Shown: positions 38,584-51,330 of the stretch, piece by piece | How positions within the stretch are numbered: position 1 is the first letter of the stretch | Layout of the letters: each line of letters opens with the position of its first letter | Source of the DNA: Acidobacteriota bacterium | Lineage (GTDB): Bacteria; Acidobacteriota; UBA890; WLXD01 | DNA length: 64,000 nt | Assembly (NCBI GenBank): GCA_963666215.2 | Contig: CAXWPL010000004.1 | Span: forward strand, 704,001 to 768,000 | Direction: 5' to 3' | Position numbers and translations under genes: made by a program | Notes under the pieces: generated by a model | Told to the model about the DNA's origin: nothing | The model's input: only the letters and a program-made list of their open reading frames with translations | The model's database searches: none

Positions 38584-39783
38584 CTACTGCACCGGAATCG
38601 GAACCGCGGCTCCAGCCTCGATTCGGAACATGCGGTGGAACTTGCGGACATCGCCGTTTGCGTCGAAGTCCGTGGCGCCGGTAGCGCCCTCGTATGGCGA
38701 CATGCTGTTGAGGTAGAAGCGGAGCTCTCGCGGGTTCACTCCGTTCTCCTGGATCGCGAGCGCCAGCGTCCGCACGGCGTCGTAGGCATGCGCCGCGTAG
38801 GCATCGGGGTCGGGGCCGTACTTCTGCCGGTAGGCCGCCACGAAGGAGCGCACGGCCGGCTCGTCACTCGTGGGGATGAACGACGGCTGGGGAAAGACCA
38901 GGCCCTCCACCGCAGCACCGCCGGCGGCCACCAGCTGGTCGGCCAGGATCGCGCCCGTGCCATATAGCGGCGTGGTGATCCCCGCATCGCGGATCGCCAT
39001 CGCGACGGCAGCGGTGTCGGCGATGTAGCCGGCGATGTAGATCGCCGGAGCGTTGATACTCGCGAGATCATCGATCTGGGCCGACAAGTCGCCAACCTCC
39101 GGGGGATAGCTCACCTGCCCCGCTTCGCGGCCGCCGATTGCTCGGAAACGCTCGATGAACGCGTTCTTGATGCCGATGCCGTACTCGTTCTGATTGGCAA
39201 TGATGGCGGCCTCGCGCAGCCCCTGCTTGTTGTAGATGAAGTCGGCTGTATTGATCGCCTCGAGCTCGTCGCTCGGGAAGTTGCGATAGATGTAATCGCC
39301 GGCCGAAGAAAGCTTGGGGCTCGAGGTGGCGGGCGACATGAGGATGATCTCCGCCTCCTCGAACAACGGCGCGATGGCCAGCGTCAGTTCGCTAATATCG
39401 GCGCCGATCACTGCGGGCACGCCGGCGGCGATAAGCTCCCGAGCCGCTTCGGTGGCGCGCGTCGTGCTGCTGGCGGCGTCGCGGATATCAATGACCAGGG
39501 GCAACATCGTGGCGTTGTTGACGTTGATCCCGCCGGCCGCGTTGATCTCCTCTACCGCGAGCTCGATGCCGTTCTGGACCGAGCGCCCGTACGGCGATCC
39601 GACGCCCTGCAACGAGACGATCGCGCCGAGCCGGACCTCGGTGCTTTCCGCACAGCCGGCCCCCGCCAGGGTGAGTGCGACGACCAGCGACCCGAAGACG
39701 GCGATCCGTCGGCTGCACCTGGTTGCTGTTGCCAAGCAGCAGCTGCCCGCTCCGAGCGTTCTCTTGAGCCTGTCGCCGTTCAT
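38584..39783 (-). CDS. Branched-chain amino acid type (LivJ/K-like) substrate-binding lipoprotein
   Basis: LAGAG-C; GIELAVEEINAAGGI; SSPKLS..YIYR; AAHAYDA; GATG..FDANGD. Confidence 0.85.
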   Translation of the reverse strand: MNGDRLKRTLGAGSCCLATATRCSRRIAVFGSLVVALTLAGAGCAESTEVRLGAIVSLQGVGSPYGRSVQNGIELAVEEINAAGGINVNNATMLPLVIDIRDAASSTTRATEAARELIAAGVPAVIGADISELTLAIAPLFEEAEIILMSPATSSPKLSSAGDYIYRNFPSDELEAINTADFIYNKQGLREAAIIANQNEYGIGIKNAFIERFRAIGGREAGQVSYPPEVGDLSAQIDDLASINAPAIYIAGYIADTAAVAMAIRDAGITTPLYGTGAILADQLVAAGGAAVEGLVFPQPSFIPTSDEPAVRSFVAAYRQKYGPDPDAYAAHAYDAVRTLALAIQENGVNPRELRFYLNSMSPYEGATGATDFDANGDVRKFHRMFRIEAGAAVPIPVQ

Positions 39784-40024
39784 ATTCGCCGTCTCCGTTC
39801 GTTCGATCGTCTTCGCCACGGAACGAGCTGCAACAATGAAAGACGCGGGTAGTTGCAACTGCGAAGGCTGCCAGGGCGAGTTGAGCGCGCTTGTTGGCGC
39901 CGCCCGGCCGCTAGCGATGGGCGGGCGGGCGAAGTGGGGGGCGCTAGTTTGTGGGGATCCTAGGGCGTGAGTCAATGGGCGGCGGCGGCCGGACACGCGC
40001 TCGACGCGTCGACGAGGCGACGAG

Positions 40025-40501
40025 TCAGTCCTGACGTGCCTCTCCAGGGATAGCCGTCTCGGTCGTTTGGATCGTGGCTCGCGGCGCTTTCACGCCTCGG
40101 GCCTTGGCTACGCGCAGGCGCGCCATCGAGCGCTCGAGTGCCTGCGTGGCGCGTCCAATGTCGCTCTCGTCGTCGGGCTCGGCGATGATCTGCTCGGCCC
40201 GGCGGACGGCGGCCTCGGCGCGCGCCACGTCGATCTGCTCCGCAATCTCGGCGGTTTGGGCCAGGATCGTGACGTGGTCTTGAGCCACTTCGGCGAAGCC
40301 GCGCGCTACAGCGAGGCTGTGACTCGCACCGTTGGTGTCCTTGTACCGGAGCTCGCCCACGCCGAGCGCGGTGACGTAGCGGGCATGCCCTGGTAACACG
40401 CCGAACTCGCCTCGGAACCCGGGTGCCAGCAGCTCCGCAACGTCCTCGTTGAGGAGCTCGCCCTCCGGCGTCACAACTTGCAGCCTGAAGGTATTGGCCA
40501 T
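40025..40501 (-). CDS. atpC: ATP synthase epsilon
   Basis: LQVVTPE, GEFGVLPGH, GFAEV, IDVARAE. Confidence 0.95.
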   Translation of the reverse strand: MANTFRLQVVTPEGELLNEDVAELLAPGFRGEFGVLPGHARYVTALGVGELRYKDTNGASHSLAVARGFAEVAQDHVTILAQTAEIAEQIDVARAEAAVRRAEQIIAEPDDESDIGRATQALERSMARLRVAKARGVKAPRATIQTTETAIPGEARQD

Positions 40502-40586
40502 GTTGCTCTCGTCTTCGGTGAGTACGCGACGCGGCGTAGCTGCTCTCGCGCCGGAGTCGGGGGTGGGGTCGTCCAGATCGAGCCCG

Positions 40587-43089
<2,503 letters not shown>

Positions 43090-43198
43090 CTCACCATCTC
43101 TACATTCCGCTGGTTCCGAAAAGTCGGTAGCTTTCCGGCGTCCTGCACTCTGAGGCCACGACGGGCCGGCTCATGTCGACTGGGCTGTCTTCTGAGGA

Positions 43199-44752
43199 TC
43201 AGGAAGCTTCCATCGCGGCGGGCTCCGCCTCGGCCGCAGCGACTCCCGCGACGAACGATGCCTTGAACCCGGCCACGTTGTTCTTGATGCGCTCGGTGAG
43301 CTCGTCGTCGAGCTTCCCGGAAGCTTCGATAGCGTTCCATAGCTCGGCGTCGTTGACGTCGATGTAGTCGTACATGGCGAGCTCGTACGGACGAACCTGC
43401 TCGATGGCGAGATCGTCCAGGTAGCCGTTGTTGCCCGCCCAGATGATGACGATTTGTTTGGCGACGTGCAGCGGCTGGAATTGATCCTGCTTGAGGATCT
43501 CGGTGAGACGCGCGCCGCGGTTGAGCTGGCGCTGCGTGGCGACGTCGAGGTCGGAGCCGAACTGCGAGAAGGCGGCGAGCTCACGGTACTGCGCCAAGTC
43601 GAGGCGTAGCGAGCCGGCCACCTGCTTCATGCCCTTGATCTGCGCGGCGCCACCAACGCGCGACACCGACAACCCCGCGTTCACCGCCGGGCGGATGTTC
43701 TTATGGAACAGATCGGTCTCGAGGAAGATCTGGCCGTCGGTAATCGAGATGACGTTCGTCGGGATGTAGGCCGACACGTCGCCCGCCTTGGTCTCGATGA
43801 CGGGCAGCGCCGTAAGACTGCCGCCGCCGCGCTCGTCACTCATCTTGGAGGCGCGCTCGAGCAAGCGCGAGTGCAGGTAGAAAACGTCGCCCGGGAAGGC
43901 CTCGCGGCCGGGCGGACGACGCAGCAGTAGCGACATCTCGCGGTATGCATTGGCGTGCTTCGAAAGATCGTCGTAGATCACCAACGCATGCTCGCCGCGA
44001 TCGCGGAAGAACTCGCCCATGGCGCAGCCGGAGTAGGGAGCCATCCACTGCATGGGGGCGGGCGTCGACGCCGAGGCGTTGACGACGATCGTGTACTCCA
44101 TGGCGCCGCGATCGGCGAGGTTCTGCACCACCTGTGCCACGGTCGACTGCTTCTGGCCGATGGCCACGTAGATGCAGATCACGTCCTGGCCCTTCTGGTT
44201 CAGGATCGTGTCGACGGCGATGGCGGTTTTGCCGGTTTGCCTGTCACCGATGATGAGCTCGCGCTGACCACGGCCGATTGGAATCATCGAGTCGATCGAC
44301 TTGATGCCGGTTTGCAGCGGCTCGCCAACGCCCTTCCGGTCGATGATGCCGGGGGCGATGCGCTCCAGGGCGCCGGTCTCGCTCGTCTCCACAGGCCCCT
44401 TGTCGTCGAGCGGCTCGCCGAGCGGATTAACGACGCGCCCGATGAGCGCTTCGCCAATCGGCACCTCAATGATGCGCCCGGTACGCTTGACCGTGTCGCC
44501 TTCCTTGATGTGGTGAGTTTCGCCCAGGATGACCGCGCCGACGTTGTCTTCTTCGAGGTTGAACGCGATGCCGTAGATGTTGTGGGGGAACTCGATGAGC
44601 TCCTGCGACATGCAGTGCTCGAGGCCGTAGATTCGGGCGATGCCGTCACCGACGGCGATCACGGTCCCGACCTCTTGGATATCGATCTCGGCTTCGTAGC
44701 CCGCGATCTGTCGCTGAATGATGCTCGAGATTTCTTCGGCTCTGATGTTCAT
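43199..44752 (-). CDS. atpA: ATP synthase alpha
   Basis: [37 protein letters not shown]. Confidence 0.98.
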   Translation of the reverse strand: MNIRAEEISSIIQRQIAGYEAEIDIQEVGTVIAVGDGIARIYGLEHCMSQELIEFPHNIYGIAFNLEEDNVGAVILGETHHIKEGDTVKRTGRIIEVPIGEALIGRVVNPLGEPLDDKGPVETSETGALERIAPGIIDRKGVGEPLQTGIKSIDSMIPIGRGQRELIIGDRQTGKTAIAVDTILNQKGQDVICIYVAIGQKQSTVAQVVQNLADRGAMEYTIVVNASASTPAPMQWMAPYSGCAMGEFFRDRGEHALVIYDDLSKHANAYREMSLLLRRPPGREAFPGDVFYLHSRLLERASKMSDERGGGSLTALPVIETKAGDVSAYIPTNVISITDGQIFLETDLFHKNIRPAVNAGLSVSRVGGAAQIKGMKQVAGSLRLDLAQYRELAAFSQFGSDLDVATQRQLNRGARLTEILKQDQFQPLHVAKQIVIIWAGNNGYLDDLAIEQVRPYELAMYDYIDVNDAELWNAIEASGKLDDELTERIKNNVAGFKASFVAGVAAAEAEPAAMEAS

Positions 44753-44839
44753 GGCGCCCTTAATCGTCTCGCTCTGCTTTGCGGAATTTCGGTTGGCTTT
44801 CGTGTGGTTGCTGGCTGGCTGGCTGATCCACTGCGCGGT

Positions 44840-45394
44840 TCACGAAGTGCCGGTCATCCTCGCGCGGACCTTCGCCAGTTGGTGCCTCAGGCTACCGTCG
44901 TAGAGGACGTCGCCGATTCTGGTAACCAACCCCCCCAGCAGCTCGGGGTCGGTTCTTGTCGCCATGCGAACAGTGCTGCCGGTCGCCGTGGCGAGCCGGT
45001 CGCGCAACTGAGCCAGGACGTCGGAATCCAACGGCGTCGGCGTGGTGACCTCGGCACTGATGACGCCCCGATGTTGGTCAACCAGCTCCGAAAAGACCGT
45101 GGCGATTCCTTCGATCTGGTCGAGGCGCTCCTTGTCGGCGAGCACTTCAACAAACCGCTTGGTCAGCGCGCCGGCACCGGCATGATCCGCGAGATCGCCC
45201 AGCACGGCCTTCTTCTGCGCCGTCTCGATTGCCGGATTGACGATGAGCAGCCTGAGGCCATCGTGGTCGCGCACGGCGTTGGCGAGGCTGTTGATCTCGA
45301 CGACAAGCGCCTCGAGGTCGGCCGCGGTGCCCCGATCGAGTGCCGCATGGAGCAGCCCTTTCGCGTAGCGGCGGGCGACGGTTCGGTTGATCAT
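44840..45394 (-). CDS. atpH: ATP synthase delta
   Basis: VARRYAKGL, DPELLGG..IGD..DGS. Confidence 0.93.
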   Translation of the reverse strand: MINRTVARRYAKGLLHAALDRGTAADLEALVVEINSLANAVRDHDGLRLLIVNPAIETAQKKAVLGDLADHAGAGALTKRFVEVLADKERLDQIEGIATVFSELVDQHRGVISAEVTTPTPLDSDVLAQLRDRLATATGSTVRMATRTDPELLGGLVTRIGDVLYDGSLRHQLAKVRARMTGTS

Positions 45395-45458
45395 CTGGGC
45401 GTGTCCGTTCGCTTCTGCGTGGTCGGGAGCACGAAGCTTCCGAAGATTGTTCTGCAGC

Positions 45459-46172
45459 TCAGCTAATCGTTTCGCCGAGCTTGTCGAGGTACCGGCGCAT
45501 CAGCCGCTGCTGATCTTCCGCAGTGAAGTGGCGCTCCAGAAGACGAGCTGCAATGCCGATGACGTTGTCGGCCACATGGGTCTGCAGCTCGCGCCGCGAG
45601 CGCGCGACCTCCGAGCGCATGTCGCGCTGCGCCGACCCGCGGATGGCCTCCGCGGCCTCGGCGGCACGGCCCTCCGCACGCTGCCGATCGTTCTCCGCGT
45701 CGGTGTTGGCCTGTCCGAGTAGGGTCGTGATCTCGTTCTCCACGTTAGAAAGACGCTCCGCGCTCGCGGCGAGGCTGCTGGCTGTCTCCTCGCGCTGCTG
45801 CTTGGAAAGCGCGCGGGCGGCCACAATCGCGGCCGCCCGCTCGCCGAGGATCGGCTTGAGTCCGCGGAACTCGAAGTTCTCCACGACGAATGCAGGTGGC
45901 ACAACGAGCAACCAGTAGAGCAGCCCCACCAGCATGACGAAGTTGATCCATCGCTGGGCGTAAACCGTCCAGCTCAGACCCTGGTGCGCGGCCTCGGCCG
46001 CATGTTCGTCGCCACCAGCTGCATCGCCGTGGTCGTCCTGCTCGGCTGGTTCGGCGTGCTCCTGGGTCGACGCAGTGCTGAAACCGCCGGAGCCGCTCGC
46101 GTTCGTTTCAAGGCCAATTGCGCAAGCCACAGCAAGCAGTACGACGAGCAGGATGATTCGGGATCGGCCCAT
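45459..46172 (-). CDS. atpF: ATP synthase subunit b
   Basis: WINF TM helix followed by a coiled coil; position in the operon. Confidence 0.8.
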   Translation of the reverse strand: MGRSRIILLVVLLAVACAIGLETNASGSGGFSTASTQEHAEPAEQDDHGDAAGGDEHAAEAAHQGLSWTVYAQRWINFVMLVGLLYWLLVVPPAFVVENFEFRGLKPILGERAAAIVAARALSKQQREETASSLAASAERLSNVENEITTLLGQANTDAENDRQRAEGRAAEAAEAIRGSAQRDMRSEVARSRRELQTHVADNVIGIAARLLERHFTAEDQQRLMRRYLDKLGETIS

Positions 46173-46175
46173 TGG

Positions 46176-46625
46176 TCAGCCGCCTCCCCCGCTCGTCACC
46201 GGGCGGCCGAGCAGACGTTCGCCGATTTGAGCCGCGATCTCCTCGGCCTGCGACTCGAGCTCGGTGTGCGCCTTTGCCACATCAGCGGCGATTTGCTCCT
46301 TGGCGGCAGCAATTTCCGCGGCCGCCTCCTGGCGGGCCTCGGCGAGCAGTTCCTCGCGCTTGGCGCGCGCTTCTTGCTGCGCCTGCTCGCGGATGGCGAA
46401 GGCCTCCTTGCGGCCCACCACGAGGCGAGTCTCTATTTCCTCGAGGCGCTTCTGCTGCTCGCGCTGCGCCGCCTCGAAGCTCTGGCGTGCGCCGTCGATC
46501 TCCGCCTGGCGCTTCTCGAGGATCTCGCCCAAGGGCGTGAAGAGCCACCGGTTGAGGATGAAGACCAGCAGAACGACAGCCGCCGCTACGGCCACTATCG
46601 TTGGCGGGTGTGGGAAGTTCTCCAT
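46176..46625 (-). CDS. atpF: ATP synthase subunit b'
   Basis: LVFILNRWLFTPL..ILEKR, coiled coil, ends LLGR. Confidence 0.85.
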   Translation of the reverse strand: MENFPHPPTIVAVAAAVVLLVFILNRWLFTPLGEILEKRQAEIDGARQSFEAAQREQQKRLEEIETRLVVGRKEAFAIREQAQQEARAKREELLAEARQEAAAEIAAAKEQIAADVAKAHTELESQAEEIAAQIGERLLGRPVTSGGGG

Positions 46626-46871
46626 GCCTGTTCAGTCTCGAAGCCCCGCGTGCGCATCGCGACGCTCGCAGGACGTTCAGCAAGAGCGGACGCCCGGCGC
46701 AGGACGGGCGGCGTGGCCATGCTAGGTAGGTTGCCGCAGTCTATGGCTGGCGAGGGGGTTGCGTGAGCCGCTATTCAACGGAGGACGCACGAGTCAAAAC
46801 AGAAACGCGGCGGCGAGATGGGCCGCGGGTTGGGTTGATCGACGCCTGGCTAGTACGGAATTCCAGCGCGG

Positions 46872-47261
46872 CTATTCCAGCGCGGCGATGACCTTGTTGA
46901 GCTCGCCCGCCACGTGAGAGCGACACCGTTCATCGACGACGGATTCTATCAGCCGTGTCGAAAGATCGGCAAGCGAGCGAACCATCGCTCCCTGGACCAC
47001 CGACTCGAGCTCTTCTTGCGGGCTGTTGGTCTCGATCTCGAGCTGCGCCTCCCACTTTTCTCCGGCGCGCTCGTCCACGCTGACGCTGTAGACCGAACCC
47101 TCCTTGCGGTACTCGTAGACGTTGGGCGTGACGGGGCCTGCCAGTCCGACCTCGAGGTGGTAGTCGTGGCGCTCGAGGGCAACGCCGAATGCAGTACGGA
47201 TGAGGTCAACGAAATGCTCGTTGCCCAGATACCTGTAGGTGGGTTCCAAATCCCTGCTCAT
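46872..47261 (-). CDS. Hypothetical protein (129 aa)
   Basis: GAGGG RBS-like sequence upstream, globular composition, fills the intergenic gap. No family recognised. Confidence 0.6.
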   Translation of the reverse strand: MSRDLEPTYRYLGNEHFVDLIRTAFGVALERHDYHLEVGLAGPVTPNVYEYRKEGSVYSVSVDERAGEKWEAQLEIETNSPQEELESVVQGAMVRSLADLSTRLIESVVDERCRSHVAGELNKVIAALE

Positions 47262-47286
47262 GCTGCCCTCATTAGGTCGCGCGATC

Positions 47287-47994
47287 CTACGCGGCAGTCT
47301 TCTCTTTCAATCCCGAGCCGCCCTTTTCGAAGGCGGACACGAGGATGATGGGTGCCAGCATCGTCGTCACGATGGTCATCAGGATCGATCCGCCGAAGAT
47401 CGCCGTGTCGATCAGCCCTTCGGCGATGCCGACACCGGCGATGATCAGCGCCACCTCGCCACGCCCTCGGGGGTGTCCAAACGCCGAATATCGGAGAGGA
47501 CGCGGGCCGTGATGCCGAACGAAGTCGCCACCATGATCGAGCCCACGAACAGCGCGCTGCCGCTCATGTAGGTGTCGGCATAGCCAAACCACACCGTGGC
47601 GACAACGCCGAAGACAAACGGCAGGATGACGCCGCCAAGGGCAATGACCGTTGCGGGGCCGGCGTACTTCAGGAAGCTGGGTAGATCGGTCTCGAGGCCC
47701 GCCATGAACAGCAAGATAATGGCGGCCACTTGGGCAAAGGCCCACAGCTCGTTGGAAACTGGGATCGTTGCGCCCTCGTGGAGCTCGAAAAGAGCGCCTT
47801 CCATACCCGGCAGGTGAATCATGCTGCCGAGAGCGTAGGGCCCGATAATCATGCCCGCTGTAAGCTCGCCCAGGACGCTCGGCTGCTTGAGATAGCGCTC
47901 AACGAGCTCGCCGCAAATCTTCGCGGCGATGATGATCACCCCGAGCTGCAGCGCGAACTCGGATGACGAGTGCGGTAATGCCGCCGTGCTCCAC
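47287..47994 (-). pseudogene. Cation/H+ antiporter (CPA2, NapA/KefB-like) pseudogene
   Basis: RBS GGGAGGA and GTG at 47994 (VEHGGITALVI). One extra base at ~47961 shifts the frame before EFALQLG..QPSVLGEL..GLETD..ATSFGIT..TPEGV. An out-of-frame jump then leads to the C-terminal RGEVALII..TTMLAP; the central DD helix region is absent. Confidence 0.85.
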
Positions 47995-48143
47995 CGCTTA
48001 TCCTCCCGTTCGTGCGTGCAACCGAGCCGACCCGTGGGGCCGCTTGAACCGAGCGGGCAACTTAGCAACCACCCGTAGGACGGTCAACCAAGCCCCGTGG
48101 TCAATGCAGATGGCAACAGAACAAGTCGTTTATTTACAGCAAC

Positions 48144-48587
48144 TTATGTTCTGTTCGCGATCGTCTCTCCAACCACGCCTGGGGTCCCGGGAAGCTTCGC
48201 TGGCGCCGGTTTCGGGGCCTTCTTCGGGGCCTCTTTCGGGGCGGGCTCCGGTGCTGAACTCGGCATGTCGCAATGGCCCTGGAAGAAAGCGCCCTTTTCG
48301 ATAGCGAATCGCGGCGAGCGCACGTCGGCCTCGACGCTGCCGCCCGAGTGCACCGTAACCCTGCCGGTGGCTGTTATCTGCCCGCGGAGCGTTCCGTGCA
48401 CCGACAGCTCGCCCACATGAACCTCGGCATCAACGCGCGCTTTGGGACCGAGAATGAGCTTCGCGGACGACTCGATCTTGCCGCTGAACTCGCCGTCGAT
48501 CTGCACGACGCCATCGAAGCGCAGGGTTCCCTTGACCTTGAGGCCCTCTCCAAGCCGGCCCTCGCGATTGCCGTTGCTGGTGTTCAT
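48144..48587 (-). CDS. Bactofilin (polymer-forming cytoskeletal protein)
   Basis: LGEGLKVKGTL..VQIDGEFSGKI..VHGTLRGQI..IEKGAFFQGHC beta-helix pattern. Confidence 0.92.
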   Translation of the reverse strand: MNTSNGNREGRLGEGLKVKGTLRFDGVVQIDGEFSGKIESSAKLILGPKARVDAEVHVGELSVHGTLRGQITATGRVTVHSGGSVEADVRSPRFAIEKGAFFQGHCDMPSSAPEPAPKEAPKKAPKPAPAKLPGTPGVVGETIANRT

Positions 48588-49450
48588 CGGACGACTCCTG
48601 TTCGATCAAGCAATAGGTCGTAAAGACGGTCGAGTTCTTCAAGTGAGGCGAACCGGATCTCGATCCGCCCTTTCTCCTTGCCCTGAATTCTCACGCCGGT
48701 ACCAAGCGCGCGCTTCAGCTGGTTCTCGGCCGCGATCGTGTCGGGATCTCGCACGGCGCCGGTGGCGCTCTGGGGCGGCCTCCCGGCCGCGCGGACGCGC
48801 GACTCTGCTTCGCGGACACTCAGAGACCGCAACACGATCTCGTCGGCCAGGCGCACCTGGAAGGTCGGGTCGGCGGCGCCCAGCAGCGCGCGTGCGTGAC
48901 CCATGGTCAGCTCGCCAGCAACGATTCGCCGTTGTACAGGCTCGGGGAGCCGAAGCAGCCGTAGGTAGTTCGCCACCGTCGATCGGTCGCGCCCCACGCG
49001 CTCCGCGATGTTCTCTTGAGTCATACCGGCTTCGGTCATCAGCCGACGGTAGGCCTCGGCCTCTTCAATGGGGTTGAGGTTCTGGCGCTGCAGGTTCTCG
49101 ACGAGTGCCAGCTCGAGTGATTCCTCGGGTGTGGCATCGCGGACCACAGCGGGAATCCGCCGCAGGCCAGCGCGCTGAGCCGCGCGCCAACGCCGCTCGC
49201 CGGCAATGAGCTCGTAGCCGCCCGCGACCCGGCGCACGACGACCGGCTGCAACACTCCATGTTCCCGGAGAGAAGACGCGATGCTGTCGAGGGCGTCGTT
49301 GTGAAAGGTCTCCCGTGGCTGACGGGGATTCGGGCGAATTTGATCGAGGTCGAGCTCGGCGAGCCGCGTCCCCTGTTCCGCCGCTGGCGGCGGCGTGGAC
49401 GCGCTGGGGATAAGCGCCTCAAGCCCGCGCCCAAGCGCTCTTCGTGCCAT
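48584..49450 (-). CDS. parB: Chromosome partitioning protein ParB
   Basis: [33 protein letters not shown] with [10 protein letters not shown]. Confidence 0.97.
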   Translation of the reverse strand: MARRALGRGLEALIPSASTPPPAAEQGTRLAELDLDQIRPNPRQPRETFHNDALDSIASSLREHGVLQPVVVRRVAGGYELIAGERRWRAAQRAGLRRIPAVVRDATPEESLELALVENLQRQNLNPIEEAEAYRRLMTEAGMTQENIAERVGRDRSTVANYLRLLRLPEPVQRRIVAGELTMGHARALLGAADPTFQVRLADEIVLRSLSVREAESRVRAAGRPPQSATGAVRDPDTIAAENQLKRALGTGVRIQGKEKGRIEIRFASLEELDRLYDLLLDRTGVVR

Positions 49451-50204
49451 GACTGACTACCTCCCGCATGAGCTTCAAGTAGGCCTGTGCTCCGCTCGAA
49501 CGCAGATCGTACAGGATGATGGGCTTGCCGAAGCTCGGCGCCTCGCCAAGGCGGACGTTGCGCGGAATGACGGTCTCGAAGACTTTGCCCGGAAAATGCG
49601 CCCTTACGTCTTCTGCCACCTGCTGCGCCAGGTTGAGTCGTTCGTCGAACATCGTGAGAAGGATGCCGCCGAGCTCGAGCGTTGGGTTGAGGTGGGTGCG
49701 CACGCGCTCGGCCGTGTCGATGAGATAGCTGAGACCCTCCAGAGCGAAGTACTCGCATTGGGTTGGAACAATGTAGCTGTCGGCGGCGACCAGAGCGTTG
49801 AGCGTGAGCACGCCCAGAGACGGCGGGCTGTCGATAAAGATGTAGTCGTACTTGTGGCGCTCGGGCGCCAGGGCGTCTCGTAGCAGCTTCGAGCGGTTGT
49901 CGTCGTCGATCAGCTCGACCTCGGCGCCAACCAGCGCGCGCGCGGAGGGCACCACCCAGAGCCCCTCCAAACAGGCGGGCAGAATGGCGGCCGACAGCGG
50001 CACCGACCCGCTGAGCACCTCGTAAACGGTCGGCGCGCCGTCGGGTACGTCAACGCCCACCCCGCTCGTCGCGTTGGCTTGCGGATCCAAGTCGATCAGC
50101 AGAACTTTCAAGTCGGCAGCCGCGATCGTCGCGGCCAAGTTGATCGCGGTGGTGGTCTTCCCGACGCCACCTTTTTGGTTCGCGATCGCGATCGACTTGC
50201 TCAT
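49419..50204 (-). CDS. parA: Chromosome partitioning ATPase ParA/Soj
   Basis: [42 protein letters not shown]. Confidence 0.97.
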   Translation of the reverse strand: MSKSIAIANQKGGVGKTTTAINLAATIAAADLKVLLIDLDPQANATSGVGVDVPDGAPTVYEVLSGSVPLSAAILPACLEGLWVVPSARALVGAEVELIDDDNRSKLLRDALAPERHKYDYIFIDSPPSLGVLTLNALVAADSYIVPTQCEYFALEGLSYLIDTAERVRTHLNPTLELGGILLTMFDERLNLAQQVAEDVRAHFPGKVFETVIPRNVRLGEAPSFGKPIILYDLRSSGAQAYLKLMREVVSHGTKSAWARA

Positions 50205-50491
50205 CTGGCTGTTGCGACTCGCTGCTGTCGGAGCGCCGCTGCCGCGGCTGGCTCCAGTGGCCCGACTCAGGCGGAACGGCGCGACATGGCGCGCCCTGAC
50301 GCCGCCGGGCACAACGACGGTCGAGGTCGTGCGACTCCGTTGGCGCTGAGGCGCGCCAGCGTACCACGGGAGGGTGTCTAGCCCGCTGTCTGTAGGCGCC
50401 GCGGCTCGGCAAGCGGAAGGGTGCCGCGCGAGCGACCACGAGACACGCGAGCGTCGAGGACGACTGTCGTTGGCGACGCAGAATCGGCGGG

Positions 50492-50507
50492 CGTTCCACG
50501 TGGAACG
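50492..50507. promoter_or_regulatory. parS: parS site 1
   Basis: Perfect palindrome CGTTCCACGTGGAACG. Confidence 0.88.
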
Positions 50508-50538
50508 TCGGTCGGTCGCAACGCTCTTGATCTGCCGG

Positions 50539-50554
50539 TGTTCCACGTGGAACA
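50539..50554. promoter_or_regulatory. parS: parS site 2
   Basis: Perfect palindrome TGTTCCACGTGGAACA, the canonical consensus. Confidence 0.95.
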
Positions 50555-50601
50555 CCCACGTCCTCGGCCTGGCGCGTGAATCCGGAGCGCGTTGGGTGTC
50601 G

Positions 50602-51297
50602 CTACGCCGGCAGCTCCAGCGACATCACGACACCGTGCCGTAGGTGCGGCAGCTTCAGTACCCTGCGGGTTCGCCATCCGGCTCGCGACGCAGCGCTCCA
50701 TGGCCCCGAGCTCACCGCGGCCCCAGAGCCCAGGTGCCGATTCACCTCGCGCAGCTGTTCCTGTCCGATAAACAGGATCGCGCGCGCTCCGGGGTGCATG
50801 AGTCTCGGGCCCACGCCCAGGAGCCCGGCCCAGTCGCTCCAGGCTCTTGCAGTCAACACGTTGACAGCCCCGAGGTCGGTATCCTCGCCGAGACTGGTCA
50901 GCTGTGCCTCGAACCTGCCGGCTATGACGTGGACATCGTCCAGAGCCAATGTTTCGGCGAGCTCACACAGGAAGTCCGCCTTGCGCTGGTTGGACTCCAC
51001 CAGGATCAACCGCTTGTCGGGCTGGAGTATCTTGAACGGCACGCCCGGGATGCCGGCGCCGGCACCCACGTCGAGAAGAGTCGGACCGGCACCATCGAGC
51101 AGGCTCAGCGCCATCGCCGGCTCGACGAAATGCCTCAACACAACCGTCGGGCGCTCGCGGATCGCGGTCAGGCTAACCGCCCGGTTCCAGCGCTCGAGCA
51201 GTGACAAGTAGTCCGCGAACTGCTCGATTTGCTCCGGCTGCACCCGCACGTCGAAACGCCGGAAGCCGTCCAGGACTTCGTTGATCTCCGCCGACAT
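50602..51297 (-). CDS. rsmG: 16S rRNA m7G527 methyltransferase
   Basis: [34 protein letters not shown]. Confidence 0.92.
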   Translation of the reverse strand: MSAEINEVLDGFRRFDVRVQPEQIEQFADYLSLLERWNRAVSLTAIRERPTVVLRHFVEPAMALSLLDGAGPTLLDVGAGAGIPGVPFKILQPDKRLILVESNQRKADFLCELAETLALDDVHVIAGRFEAQLTSLGEDTDLGAVNVLTARAWSDWAGLLGVGPRLMHPGARAILFIGQEQLREVNRHLGSGAAVSSGPWSAASRAGWRTRRVLKLPHLRHGVVMSLELPA

Positions 51298-51330
51298 CGT
51301 CGTCGAACCCGCGCCGTCTTGGGCCGACGA

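Noticed and set aside
37548-38651. 368-aa N-terminal extension of Wzt in the ORF track (apparent fusion)
   Set aside because: It is an Arg/Pro-rich alternative frame over wzm. The real wzt ATG overlaps the wzm stop.
50205-50555. N-terminal extension of ParA beginning MFHVEH
   Set aside because: MFHVEH is just the translation of the parS palindrome. ParA homology starts at [13 protein letters not shown].
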